The notes under the pieces were generated by a model that did not search any database, was not told the origin of the DNA, and saw only the letters and a list, made by a program, of their open reading frames with translations. Positions 12,745 to 25,323 of a stretch of 58,124 nt of DNA are shown here, piece after piece (the first letter of the stretch is position 1; each line of letters starts with the position of its first letter). The stretch is from assembly GCA_051942165.1 (NCBI GenBank), contig JAVECS010000006.1, positions 1 to 58,124 of the forward strand, written 5' to 3'. This DNA comes from Circinaria calcarea (taxonomy: Eukaryota). The translations under genes and the position numbers were made by a program.

Positions 12745-13746
12745 TCAAAGTCTACTGCGCAAAGGCAACGATGCGGTCTCAAGTTGGGCGTCCCTGTTAG
12801 GGGCAGTGGGACCCAGAGCTTCATTGACATGCGAAAGGTCCCCAAACTGCCAAAAGTTCTGAATAGCTGCCCAATACCGCACCTTGTCCTCTAGGATCAG
12901 AGCGCAATGCGGACTGGAGTAGAACATCACGCCATCGGCCCGATAGCCTTGAGTTCGAGCGGCTTTCAAGTGCGACTGGACATCCTGCCACTCAACCATT
13001 TGATCGGCAACTGAGTATAGATAGAGTCTTGCCGCATGTGTTCCAAAGACGGCGCTGCCGTTCAACTGGGCACGCATTTCTCTTACAGAGTTCATGACAC
13101 CGAAGTGCTGCAAACCAGTGATAGCTGCAATGATTGGATAGAGCGCAAGCCTTCCGATAGACTGGGCAGGTTGACAGCGAGGAAGCGACAATACAGCGGC
13201 ATTGTATGCTTTTTGGAATGTGGCATCTCCAGGGCAGCAATCGAAGATGATGCCTCTGAGTGGTATGGGCATGCGGTTTTCTCGCATGGAAAGGGCAAGC
13301 TGGATCCCCGTATTACATCCACCGTGGGAGAAGATGTGCAGAAGAACGCAGCCATCTGAACTGTCGTCAACGAAATCCCTATCACCTAGGATTGTACAGA
13401 TGGCATTTCGAGCAGGCACCAGTCGTGCCCGGATTTGTCTAAAGGAATGTAAGGTAATGTCTAGTATTGTCGTCCGAATGAGGAGGATGCAAGCATTTGG
13501 GAAGAATTGCTGATATTTGATGATGTATTTATCAATGCGTTTGGTTGTCGCACCTCCCAACCAAGTGCAAAGAATAACCAGAGAAGGAGGAGGTAGATTG
13601 TCTTTTTCTTTACTACCTAAGGCTTCTGCATCATCGACTTCAGGCTTGTATAAGAAGATGTTCTGGCCCAAATCTTGAAAGTCAACCACAGTCCTCAGAG
13701 CAGGTTTGGGTGACATAGCTGTATCAGTTGGGGTTATTTGGGGCAT
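12745..13746 (-). CDS. DUF829/TMEM53-family alpha/beta-hydrolase-like protein (PaxU-like)
   Basis: Intronless 333 aa ORF with family motifs LVILCTWLGG, LLHIFSHGG, IIFDCCPG, RLYLYSVADQMV and SPHC. Confidence 0.85.
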   Translation of the reverse strand: MPQITPTDTAMSPKPALRTVVDFQDLGQNIFLYKPEVDDAEALGSKEKDNLPPPSLVILCTWLGGATTKRIDKYIIKYQQFFPNACILLIRTTILDITLHSFRQIRARLVPARNAICTILGDRDFVDDSSDGCVLLHIFSHGGCNTGIQLALSMRENRMPIPLRGIIFDCCPGDATFQKAYNAAVLSLPRCQPAQSIGRLALYPIIAAITGLQHFGVMNSVREMRAQLNGSAVFGTHAARLYLYSVADQMVEWQDVQSHLKAARTQGYRADGVMFYSSPHCALILEDKVRYWAAIQNFWQFGDLSHVNEALGPTAPNRDAQLETASLPLRSRL

Positions 13747-13991
13747 AGCACGTAGGACGGATTGTCTAATTACGGTGGAAGGAATAAATACTTAAATGCG
13801 CTGTATCTGAATGGCAAACATTGCGCCAATCAAACTACTACGCATTCAATTGAATTATTCATATTAAGATGTGCAATTACTATTCGTGGTTGAAAAATAT
13901 ATTACTAGGCAATTTACTACAGCTCCATTAAGTTAGTGCCCGCTTTACCATACCCCTGCACTGATTATTGCGGACAGTATAAATATATACT

Positions 13992-14280
13992 TGGGGGGTT
14001 CAGTTTTTTTTTGCTAGAAATTTGTTATGCTCGGGAGCACGGCACCGATGGGCTAAGCCCGATGCTGTAAAGCACGGGGGCCAAGCTGGCAGAAACTGTG
14101 CATTCGTATTGGCCACACTAGGTCCACTAGCATAACATAGCTCCGTTATGGATGTACAATGGAGCTATGTAAAGCCAGGCGGGGGTGGCCTGGCAGACGA
14201 GTATTGATTGGCTGGGAGCATTGTTATTCCGGGCCTACCTAACATCCTCCGAGCATAATAAAGGAAAACTGAACCCCCCA
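13992..14280. mobile_element. MITE-like element with 16-bp terminal inverted repeats
   Basis: TGGGGGGTTCAGTTTT (13992-14007) and AAAACTGAACCCCCCA (14265-14280); subterminal IR TTATGCTCGG/CCGAGCATAA; flanked by ACT on both sides; no coding capacity. Confidence 0.6.
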
Positions 14281-15832
14281 ACTGTTCGACTTACGTAAGC
14301 CCTAACACTATTTTCGAGGATGAGCCGAGAAAGGCATGGGCTGCCTCGGAGCGGCCAAATTCATGGTGGACTAGAACACCTTTAGCCTGAGGATTCCGAA
14401 CAAATGCTTAATTCAATCGCATGCGGGGCATATAGTGGACGTCCCTGTGAGTAATGGGCACAACCACGGTCATCTGATTGAGGTACAATGATGGCTAATT
14501 GGTGACATCGATTTCCGATCGAGTACTTTGATGCTACCAACTGACTGCCGCCTTGGCGCAATAAGAGAAGATCAGACGAACGAGCCGACCAGACGGAGGA
14601 CATCCAGTGACCTGCAAAACCTTTACGATGATGTCAGCCATCACGGGATTCTCCCAGTTATCCTGCACTGCTGACCAAAGACACTATAGCTCATTTATAC
14701 GAGATCCAATCAGAAAGAAAAAGGGCGGATAAATACAACAAGCGTACGATTGATGCGCTGGCTGGGTACTTGCAATTTGTCATGAGAACCTGGCCCATTC
14801 AGAGTACCTCCCGAGTACCCATCTTGGGCTTGGGCAGACGGTCTATGCTCTTCCACACAATGGGAGAATTAGGCCGCGCAAACAAACCACTTGGGATCCA
14901 ACCGGCACAAGGCCGAGAGACTTTGGTCTGGGGGCTCAGAAGTCAAGTTGGGGTATTGGCAGGCTGTGGTGTGTGTGCAGAAACCCAACGCATCCAAGAG
15001 TGCCTCGATTACCTTTACATCTTGAGTAATACGTTTGAGTTGATAGAGCTATTGGAGGGAACCCCCAACGCCGCTGACGCCACAAGCAGCGTCTGAGGAT
15101 CCTCGTCGTACGACACATGTCTCCTCGGGCCAAGTGGCACACGACCCGTTCAAAGCCACCTGAAGCCATTCCCGTTCTTCATCCGATCATCCACCTTCCC
15201 CATGTTTCCCCGCAAACCCTTTCTTCACCGCTGGGGCTGGGAAAGGGAAGCAGACCAGGCCCTTCGATTGGAATATTCCATCCCAAGATCTTGTCAGCTG
15301 CATCGCCAAGCCGGTCTAGCCGCTAGCCCCGCCGGGAAAATCGCCAGGGTGGTAATGCCTCTGATTGGCTGGAGCAAGACCCGCGAAGATTCCCTGACCA
15401 TTCTGAACCTTCTCTCGACGTCCCTTTGCCTTCTTCCAACTGTTACACCCGACGCGAGTCGTCATTAGGCCCCCCGAAGGGAAGGAAGCGCGAAGCTTTC
15501 TGGCTCTCCTGCAATAACCGGCCAGAGGCACTTGTCGATGCCAACGGTCATCATGTATTCTGCTCCGAGGCAGTCAGCTGAGGGGAAGGGGAGGGGCAAG
15601 AGGAGGGAAATAACTGGCGAACAGAATATAACCTCCTGCATGTCCGCCTTTGGTCTGTATCTTCATCGCAAAAAAGGGCTCCGAGAACACTACTCGCCCC
15701 AGTGCCGGAAGCTTATACCTGTGAATCGCATACAGCTTCATTGGATTTTCATCATCCCTATTCACACAACGCTTGATTATATAAACCCTGCACATACCAC
15801 AGCAACTCCAACAGCACTAAAGGAGATTCATT

Positions 15833-17271
<1,439 letters not shown>

Positions 17272-19278
17272 TCAGGATGGCTTCGGAGTCTACGACAATT
17301 GATGATTTACGCGCAGCCATATTAATGTACCAATAACATTTTCCGACCGCTGGCGACCACCGACTTCGACAGTCGCTAAATTTCATTGACTCCGCTACAG
17401 ACTTTCCAGCATCTTCAAATACCCATGTACCAACACTGTCGCTATGTGTACGGCAGCTTCGTGTCCTGTGGACAACAGCCATGATCCGTCTCATTTATCT
17501 ACGACTCTAAGAATACGGTTTCAGAATAGAAAATCATCGACGTGTACGCTTCATGTAGAAGCTACCTCGATAGTTGATCTAGTACGATCCTCGACCTTGT
17601 TAGCGAGATTACGAGAACACAGATATCTCATATCGCCACCATCGCTACATACCCTAAGCGTTGAGCATTTTCACGGACGGCTTTACTCTCGCTGCGGGCA
17701 CAGCTACGAGGATCTGAAAACATTGTATAGCATTATTTTCTTGCCAACTGTCGCTCAAGATACCCTCTTGTATATTCCTTTCAAAGAGAGATGATGTGTA
17801 ATCTATTCTTCATGTCTATCGTTTGGATACCCATAGGCACGTTGGAGGAGAGAGCTTACACTGTAGCGCAGTTGTATTTAGCAGAAGCTAGGCTTATTCC
17901 ACAGATGACTTCTGGATAAATCAATCAGTCTATGCAAAGTAGAGATGGTGACAGATGTAGCAGCGAAGTCGATGACTTCTCTAGGGTTATTGGTAGTTGA
18001 GTATTTTATAGCTGTACAAACGTAGAGGCATACTCCCAAAGAATTCAAACCTAAAGTCTCTTCCGCGTCCCAGATACACAGTTGCTTGTGGGCGAAATTC
18101 GAAAATCGAGAATCGGGCCGCTCCATTCTCCGGGTCTTGGCAGTACCACAACAGATGAACTTTCGGATATAAAGAATTAACAACAAACAATGGAAAACTG
18201 AATCGTATAGCCTTCCCCATCACTGCAGTTCGTATTTGATTCCTCCTAGGCAACCTCTATGATATTGCGTTACGCTTTCAGCAGCGTTCCTCAACTAGAG
18301 CTTTCTCCCTACACTTCCTTATTCTCCACATTGATCCTACCTTCATGCAAGTACTATAGCACTTAATATTCTCTCCCCCTTTCCTTTCAGCTCCTACAAG
18401 CAACACGCCCTCCCAGCGCCTTCTCCCCTCCACTAGGAGAATCCCTACAGGTTCCTCTCTCTCTCGGGGTCCTCCACTCGCCAGCGCGTCATGCGCTCGG
18501 CAGCGGAGTCGAAGCTGGGGGTGGCAGTTACCCTCATTTGTCTATGGATGAATGGGTGGTAAAATATAAGTGTTTGCGAGAGGGAAATACGAGTATCATA
18601 GTTCATTGTCTCCTTCCCTTCTTGTGTCCGTTTGCGGCATTGGAAGGGGTTTCGATGGGGGTGGTGACTCCAAGCGCTCGGACAATTGTTGCGTCGTTTG
18701 AGGAGCTGTTAGCAGGTCCAAGATATCGGCACCACAGTATGCGTTTAAGGCCAAAGAGTCTAAGTTTGCATAGCCGCGACAGGTGAATATCAGCTGACTG
18801 TCTCCTATGACTTTGATGCTTGAAATTTGATAGTTCGAGATGCATTGTCTGGCACTAGAATATCAGCTATCCTATGTAGGCCTCGTCTTCAACACAATCG
18901 TCCACATGCCGATCCATCTCAGGCTCCCCCGATGATCCGCTTTATTCCCTAACCATATATCTGCGTTCTTCAACACCGGTCGCACGCCTAGTATTTTCCA
19001 AATTCCCATCCCATGTGCGATCAGCTATCACGTCCATCCCGCGGATCATTTAGACCCTCCAACCTCGTCTCCTAGTCCATCTCGCTCGTTTCCGTCCACT
19101 GTCCAGAGCAGTCCTTTCCCTACCCCTACCCCTTTGCAGTTCCTAGGGATCCTCGAGTACAAAAAGGGGCGCAAAGGGTCATAGCCCCGTTTAGATTCAA
19201 TACCGCGGCAACATCTCAGGATGTGAAGTATATAGATTTAAAAAAAGTAAACCAATATGTCAAAGGGAGCAAAACAAT

Positions 19279-19432
19279 TGACATCGGCGAGATTCGAACT
19301 CGCGCTGTTTTACCAACAGGTAGAAGCATGATTTAGAATCACCTGAAACCCTACCATAAGTTAATTATTTGTTGGATTGACATTGTGGGAAGGACCCGAC
19401 ATACTGCGCCATAACCACTCGGCCACGATGCC
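19279..19432 (-). tRNA. tRNA-Leu(CAG) with two introns: spliceosomal-type at 19351-19404 and canonical tRNA intron at 19323-19341
   Basis: Acceptor GGCATCG/CGATGTC plus discriminator A; D-arm GCC-GAGTGGTTAT-GGC; anticodon stem CA^GGT/ACCTG with loop TT-CAG-G^T; long variable arm; T-arm GCGAG-TTCGAAT-CTCGC; downstream T-runs. Mature length 81 nt. Confidence 0.88.
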
Positions 19433-19715
19433 TTATACGAATAAATAACCCACTTATTTACATAAATATAGCCATTTTTGATCAGTCCGGGAGACTTCGC
19501 ATTCGTTCGTTATTAATTTGTTTAACTAATCACGGCGAGAGCCCACCCGATTTGGAATGTTCCGACCAAAAGGCTTGATGACGCTCTTTGGCTTGATGAC
19601 TTTTTCAGCCCCGTCTCAAACTCGACACGGCAACTTCCCTGGCCTCATGATGATATTCGAAAAGATGCGCATAACCTCTCCGAATGACCTCGTTGGCTCG
19701 GACCGATAACATGAA

Positions 19716-21617
19716 ATGGGCTATGGCCCGGCTTCTCATCGCCTCCACAATATGGCCGAACGAATAGCACGCCGAAAGCTTCCCTTTCGACAGCTGGTTG
19801 CCTTGTTGATTCTGATCCAGTTCTGCGTCGCTACTGCCCTTGCGCCCTCGTCGCCAACCACACCTCACCCAAGATGCATACTGGTAGGAAGGGACTCTGC
19901 GCTGAGTCCAGGTCGAGCATGCCGGAACGCAAACAACAAACATGGACAAAAGAGAAAAGCAACACTGGGAAACTTAGCTCAGTTTAGAAGTCAAGTTGAG
20001 GATGGAGAGCCCAACAGTCCTACCAACCTCCCCGCCACGTTTCCCGCCATGCTCGACGCTCTCGACGTTATGCAATCACACTTCTTCGAGATATGGCTAG
20101 GCATATGGCCAACCGCAATTGATTGGACTGCGGCTGTCATGGGAACACAGGTTTCCACCACCCTGAATGCTATTACGAGCTTTACGGACTACGACGCGCA
20201 TCTTGGAGCTGTTGATGAATCTGGGTTAATGATGGACAGTGTGACAGCTAGAGAGAATCTCATCAATCAATATTTCAGCCATCTTACCTCCTTCTATTTC
20301 GGCGAAAATGCCTTTGGCCTCCGAACACAAGCCTACGATGACATGTTGTGGGTAGTACTAGGGTGGCTAGAAAGCATCAGCTTTATAAACACGCACTCGG
20401 AGCTACATTTTGAGTCTTCTACAAGCAGCGAGCGTAACTCTTCTTGGCATGGGCGTCAATTTATCCCTTCTTTTGCGCATCGCGCGCGTATTTTCTACGA
20501 TCTTGCATCGCGCGGCTGGGATACTTCACTGTGTGGCGGTGGTATGATCTGGAGTCCTTATCTTGCGCCTTACAAAAACGCAATTACAAATCAACTGTAT
20601 ATTTCCGCCAGCATCAGCATGTATTTATATTTCCCGGGCGACGATAATACCTCGCCGTTCCTCGTGAACGGGGAAACAGCAGAGTTGCCTAAAGCAAAGG
20701 AGCATGATGAGAAGTATCTCGAAGCTGCAATCGAAGCCTACACATGGCTGTCGTCAAGCAACATGACCAACACCAAGGGTCTCTATACCGACGGTTTTCA
20801 TATCCATGGTTGGCGAGGCGGAGGTCTGAACGGTAGCATAGGGAGTGGAAAGTGCGATGTTCGCGAAGAGCAAGTATACACTTACAACCAAGGTGTCTTG
20901 CTCTCTGGTCTACGCGGTCTCTGGGAAGCCACAGGTAGTACAAACTATCTCGAAGACGGCCACCAACTTGTTCGCAACGTGATAGCCGCGACTGGATGGC
21001 CGATCGAATCCACATCGGAGAATTACCAATGGGCTGGACTCGGTAGAAATGGGATTCTCGAAGAAGCATGTGATCTTCACGGGACATGCAACCAGAACGG
21101 CCAAACCTTCAAAGGCATCTTCTTCCATCATCTGACACTCTTCTGTGCGGCCTTACCAAAGGGAGAGAAGGAAGGGGTATTCTGGAGAGCCGATAAGGAT
21201 TTGGTGGCCCTTCATAGCAAAAGTTGTAGGGAGTACGGTGGCTGGATTCGGCGAAACGCCGAGGCGGCTTATGAGACTCGGGACGAAGAAGGCAGATTTG
21301 GCATGTGGTGGGCCGCGAAGTTGGACCGGTGGGTTGGGAATGACGACCATCTTAACGGAAAAGACGAAGGGACGGATTATAGGAACAGTGGCGTTCCGGA
21401 TGATGACATTTGGCAATTACCTCGGAGTAGGGCCGCAGTACCAATGCACCGTCCAATACTCAAGCCGCACGGGAAGAAGCTCCCTCGGGGAACCGACGAC
21501 GGCAGTAAAGACCTGAACGACCGAGGCAGAGGCCGGACGGTGGAAACGCAAAGTGGAGGTCTGGCAGTCTTGCGGGCTTTGTATAGATTGGTGGACAAGG
21601 ATGTATATATGGGTTAG
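19716..21617 (+). CDS. Glycoside hydrolase family 76 protein (alpha-1,6-mannanase / six-hairpin glycosidase)
   Basis: 633 aa ORF with AYDDMLW (catalytic DD), CGGGMIW, YKNAITNQL, YTYNQGV and FKGIF; hydrophobic N-terminal segment. The true start may be the second Met (19752). Confidence 0.92.
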   Translation: MGYGPASHRLHNMAERIARRKLPFRQLVALLILIQFCVATALAPSSPTTPHPRCILVGRDSALSPGRACRNANNKHGQKRKATLGNLAQFRSQVEDGEPNSPTNLPATFPAMLDALDVMQSHFFEIWLGIWPTAIDWTAAVMGTQVSTTLNAITSFTDYDAHLGAVDESGLMMDSVTARENLINQYFSHLTSFYFGENAFGLRTQAYDDMLWVVLGWLESISFINTHSELHFESSTSSERNSSWHGRQFIPSFAHRARIFYDLASRGWDTSLCGGGMIWSPYLAPYKNAITNQLYISASISMYLYFPGDDNTSPFLVNGETAELPKAKEHDEKYLEAAIEAYTWLSSSNMTNTKGLYTDGFHIHGWRGGGLNGSIGSGKCDVREEQVYTYNQGVLLSGLRGLWEATGSTNYLEDGHQLVRNVIAATGWPIESTSENYQWAGLGRNGILEEACDLHGTCNQNGQTFKGIFFHHLTLFCAALPKGEKEGVFWRADKDLVALHSKSCREYGGWIRRNAEAAYETRDEEGRFGMWWAAKLDRWVGNDDHLNGKDEGTDYRNSGVPDDDIWQLPRSRAAVPMHRPILKPHGKKLPRGTDDGSKDLNDRGRGRTVETQSGGLAVLRALYRLVDKDVYMG

Positions 21618-22160
21618 GCATACGGACGTATATAGATGGAAAGTGGGGGAACGTTAAGTAGTTCATTGCAAACCGTATATCCTATTTTGCGTAATCGGCC
21701 GAAGACTCGACCAAAACCATACAGATGCTTGTTAGATACCCTTGTTCAATCCAACTCTCCTCCGCCATCGAAATTCCTCTCCCCCTGTAACGGTTACATC
21801 TAGCTTAACGCCGTAGAACCCAAGGGAAACCATGAACACGTGCTTGCCTTGGAGAGCAGGAAAAACGGGGACAAGGATATAAAGATAAGGGAAACTGTGA
21901 AAAATCGTATCTATTACTTGTTCTACTATCCCAAACTTTTCGTAACTAGTAAAGTAGTATCGCTTTGCGTACTGGTCGGTCGAAAATGGGTAAATTCACG
22001 GGGAATCCCAGCGTTATCCGGGGACATGCGAACTGTTTTTCCAAGGCTAAAATAAAAGAGCTGCCGTCAAGAGGGTTTCTCCAGGCTCAAGCCCGGTGGC
22101 GCAGGCTCTTTCTATGTCGTTGGAAGGGCTTGACGTTCACACCGGGAGGGAGGGGGGGGG

Positions 22161-22710
22161 GAATACCGTGATTGCTACAGCCGTCTCCTTGGGGAAGATA
22201 AGCTAGGGATTTTCTGCATCAAAGTCCTCGTGGACGCATGCTCCACAGGGATGGCACTGCTATTCAACACCTCCGTCAAGCCTCACCACGACCAAGGAGA
22301 CGTGAAAGAGGGCTTAGTTGCTACCACTTGCATTGGCCAATTCGAGGGAAGATGGCCAGTCTTTCCAGCCCTAGGCCTGGTATTTGGTCAGAAGCAAGGG
22401 GATGTATACTATTTGCCAGGTCGGCAATTCCGGGAGGATTAGGTCATGCCAATCACCCGGGGTTGAGAGATACTCTCTCACAAACTTCACAAATGGAAAT
22501 GTGATGTACCCTGCACCAATCACAGCTACCTGTGACTTGTGTGGCCAGGGATTGGGCAAGGGTAATCTTGGTTATCACTGGCGTGACAACTTGAAAAAGG
22601 GCACGGCAGATGCCGTCCACACCGTCGAGGAACTAGTAGACCGCCATGCTTTGTCCAGGAAACGAAGCCGAGAGCCCAAGAAGAAACAAGCAAGCGGTTC
22701 CAAAACGTAA
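22161..22710 (+). pseudogene. Decayed TET/JBP-like 2OG-Fe(II) dioxygenase with a downstream CxxC...H zinc-finger-like segment
   Basis: FNTSVKPHHDQGD (HxD), IGQFEG...PALGLVF...GDV, in-frame TAG at 22440, +1 frameshift at about 22464 into ERYSLTNFT (RxS), then CDLC...YH...H. Confidence 0.5.
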
Positions 22711-24200
22711 ACCGGAGTACTTTGTAGATGAGCATTTGGTGAAGAACAACAAAACCTCAAGCATAAAACGGTAAGAGAAGACGTCTCTAAACGGAAAAGA
22801 GAGAGCCCCGAGGATATGTTGTCCGCAAGGGCCCAAGAAGCGAAGAGGCGTAGAGGTGATTGGGTGAGTTAGTAAGTAGCCTGGCGATCTTCTAACAGTT
22901 AGCTGCAATCGCCTAACTGTGCACTACGGTATCGACGACTACAGCTTATAGGGTTATGGGCATCAGTGATACGAGCTGGATAGACAAAAGAGTGGAGATA
23001 GTGGGCAGCTACTAGTGTTTGGCAAAGCAAAAGGTTGGAGAAATATATGGTGGAGGCTTCAAATACTGGTACTGAGAGAGGCACTGTGAAACAGATACTT
23101 AAATGCGGTAAAATAGAGAAATACAAAGATCAACCATGCTATCTGCAAGCCTATTTCAATAACTAACCTAGCATAAGCAGTCGATGAAATATGGGATTAG
23201 TAATAGAAGAGCAAAGAACTTGGCAAAAGAAAAGGTATCTTTGAGCGGAGAGGTTAACATGGGCAGAAGCATTCGCGCTGAGAGGATTCAATACCGGCCT
23301 GTACCTGTATTAGTATCGGTTTCCGAGCCTCGAGTACTGCCGTTCGAGAGGAAAGATCTAGAGCATTAGCAAACTGGGGTAGACGCACGGATGTTCTGTC
23401 CAATTGTTGCGTGAGAGGGAAGACAGCCGCAGATTGACGAGGAGACCCCGTTGCCGCTGCGTGATGCTGATTGTTTTGAAAGCCTTGGCAAAGCCACACC
23501 TGTAGCAAGTAGCGAGGCAGCATCGCAGATGGCTGACATTGTGCTAGGAGCCGAGGAGATAGGTGTGCATGGTCAAAATGCTAAAAATCAACATATGGAG
23601 CGGCGTGAGTGATGAAGGGGGCTCAATCGCCGAGACACTAGTATGATGAGAAGCTCAAGCCGCATAGTAGCAGTGTAATAATTTGAAGGACCCTTCCTTC
23701 GAATCATTGGGCCTGTATTGGGGAAAGCCTTCGAAGGGTACTGAGCGAGTCTGATATACGGTACGAGGACTGCGAAAAAAGGGGAGGGGGGTTCGCGAGA
23801 TGAACAATGGGTTAGATGACAAGCTGGTCGACGTAATAGAACCGGCATGTATGCGAGTAGTCCCGAATGGGCGTGTGGTGTATCAAGGAAGCTGAAGGGT
23901 GCTGTGCCGCATTTGCCAAGCTCTTGTTGGATTGGTCGAATGGTTCTCGCTACCCTAACCTCCGAACATCAAAACCCGCTTGATTTCCCTCCTTTGCCTC
24001 TTTCAATCCTTCTTTCTTCCAATTCCATTCATTGACTTACATGATTTATCGACTCCACCCAAACCCCCACCACTTCATCTTAAGTCTCGATGGTATCATC
24101 AAGTGAATAGTCGCACTGAAACATCTCTCCCTTTTCTTACTTTAGATTCCCCGCATCGCACCACTTAATCAACACAAGAAAAGACTGCTGCGCCAAAACA

Positions 24201-24674
24201 ATGCCATCAGTAGACAAACCTCGAAGCACTCGCACAAGTCGACCAATAGCTTCAACAAAATATGACTTGTGGCTGCAGCATGCCGAGAAACACATTGCAG
24301 AAACCTCACGCCGACAGTGCAAGCGTCAAGAGAAGAAGGACTGGATCCTGTTTCCTGGCGAGACAATTGACCCATTTACGGCATCCCGCAAGAAAGTCGT
24401 GGATGCTGTGTCAAACCACGGACTCCTGTCTCCAGTACCTTCCCCGAAAGTGTGCCATCGAGTTGCTCGTCAAATCGAAGCGCCGTCCAAGCACGCTTCT
24501 CTATCTGGTAAAAATAGGGAAGAGTCCTTTGAGACGAAAGATTCCACTCCCCATTTGGAAAAGTCCATTATACGACGGAGTGCTCCCCCGCCTGCTCCGT
24601 CACCGCCCCGTTTGCCAACGCCAGAATTGGAGGACTTGAATGGAGACGAGCGATGGTCTGCTGCTAAGGTCTAA
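24201..24674 (+). CDS. Hypothetical protein (157 aa, PPRLPTPEL motif)
   Basis: ATG in AAAACAATG context after a pyrimidine-rich leader; the RLPTPD/E-like motif is familiar from fungal hypothetical proteins; no domain recognised. Confidence 0.45.
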   Translation: MPSVDKPRSTRTSRPIASTKYDLWLQHAEKHIAETSRRQCKRQEKKDWILFPGETIDPFTASRKKVVDAVSNHGLLSPVPSPKVCHRVARQIEAPSKHASLSGKNREESFETKDSTPHLEKSIIRRSAPPPAPSPPRLPTPELEDLNGDERWSAAKV

Positions 24675-25323
24675 ATCAAGTCATGATAGCAGGGAATTAT
24701 GTAAGACGTGGTTATGGTATAACATGAATAGTATACTGACTTTCTCGACAGAAAGTAATAGGAAAGATATGAGCATAAGTGTACGTCGTCTTCGTCATAG
24801 ACGTGACCTTAGCCGGATCTAGGGAACCGAAAGTGTACGAAATGTTGGAGGGATGGATATGTTGAGAGAATAGCAAGAGTTGTACGCGTTTGATGTTCCC
24901 TTTCAAATACACGATACTAAGCGTGCTGATCCCGAGAGAGAATGCAAATGGGCGTTGAACTTCCTTATCGAGCTTTCTGGAGCTGTCAGAAGCGGTGTCT
25001 TGTTATAGATGAGGCTTCTCTGGCTGCGCGGTCAGGATTTATTATTATTAGCCGTTAGAGTTTTGGCCCTAGAGTAATTCGAGACTCTATTCTTATAATC
25101 TGAGATAGCCATATGACCTATCTGACCTGGTAAATATGTAAGGTAAAAAGGCCTTCTATGGAGTTACTATTGAGGACAATGAGTTGTCGTTGAGATCCAA
25201 AAATACATCTCGCACCTTTCCTCTTGTAGCTCTAGTGGTGTTCCAGGGCTGCTAGGATCGCAACACTATTTCAACTTTGTACGACCACTGTGTTGCCTTT
25301 TTCATCACACACAGCGGAGTACG

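Noticed and set aside
1..13746. AKR (norsolorinic acid reductase-like) plus PaxU-like gene as a secondary-metabolite cluster
   Set aside because: They are separated by housekeeping genes, and no PKS, NRPS or terpene synthase is in the window.
14382..15795. Numerous 60-140 aa ORFs in intergenic DNA and antisense to real genes (also 17225-18845 and 22899-24168)
   Set aside because: No recognisable motifs, often non-ATG starts; consistent with random or shadow ORFs.
18940..18960. CCCTAACC and similar telomere-like words (also ~23951 and ~27758) as a telomerase RNA template
   Set aside because: Short matches expected by chance; no TAACCCTAA template with recognisable pseudoknot or CR4/5 context.
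19279..19432. CAG-anticodon tRNA as a CUG-reassigning Ser/Ala tRNA
   Set aside because: Discriminator A, U33 and G37 fit Leu, and CTG encodes a conserved Leu in GUA1 (ILVLDFG, 9758-9760).
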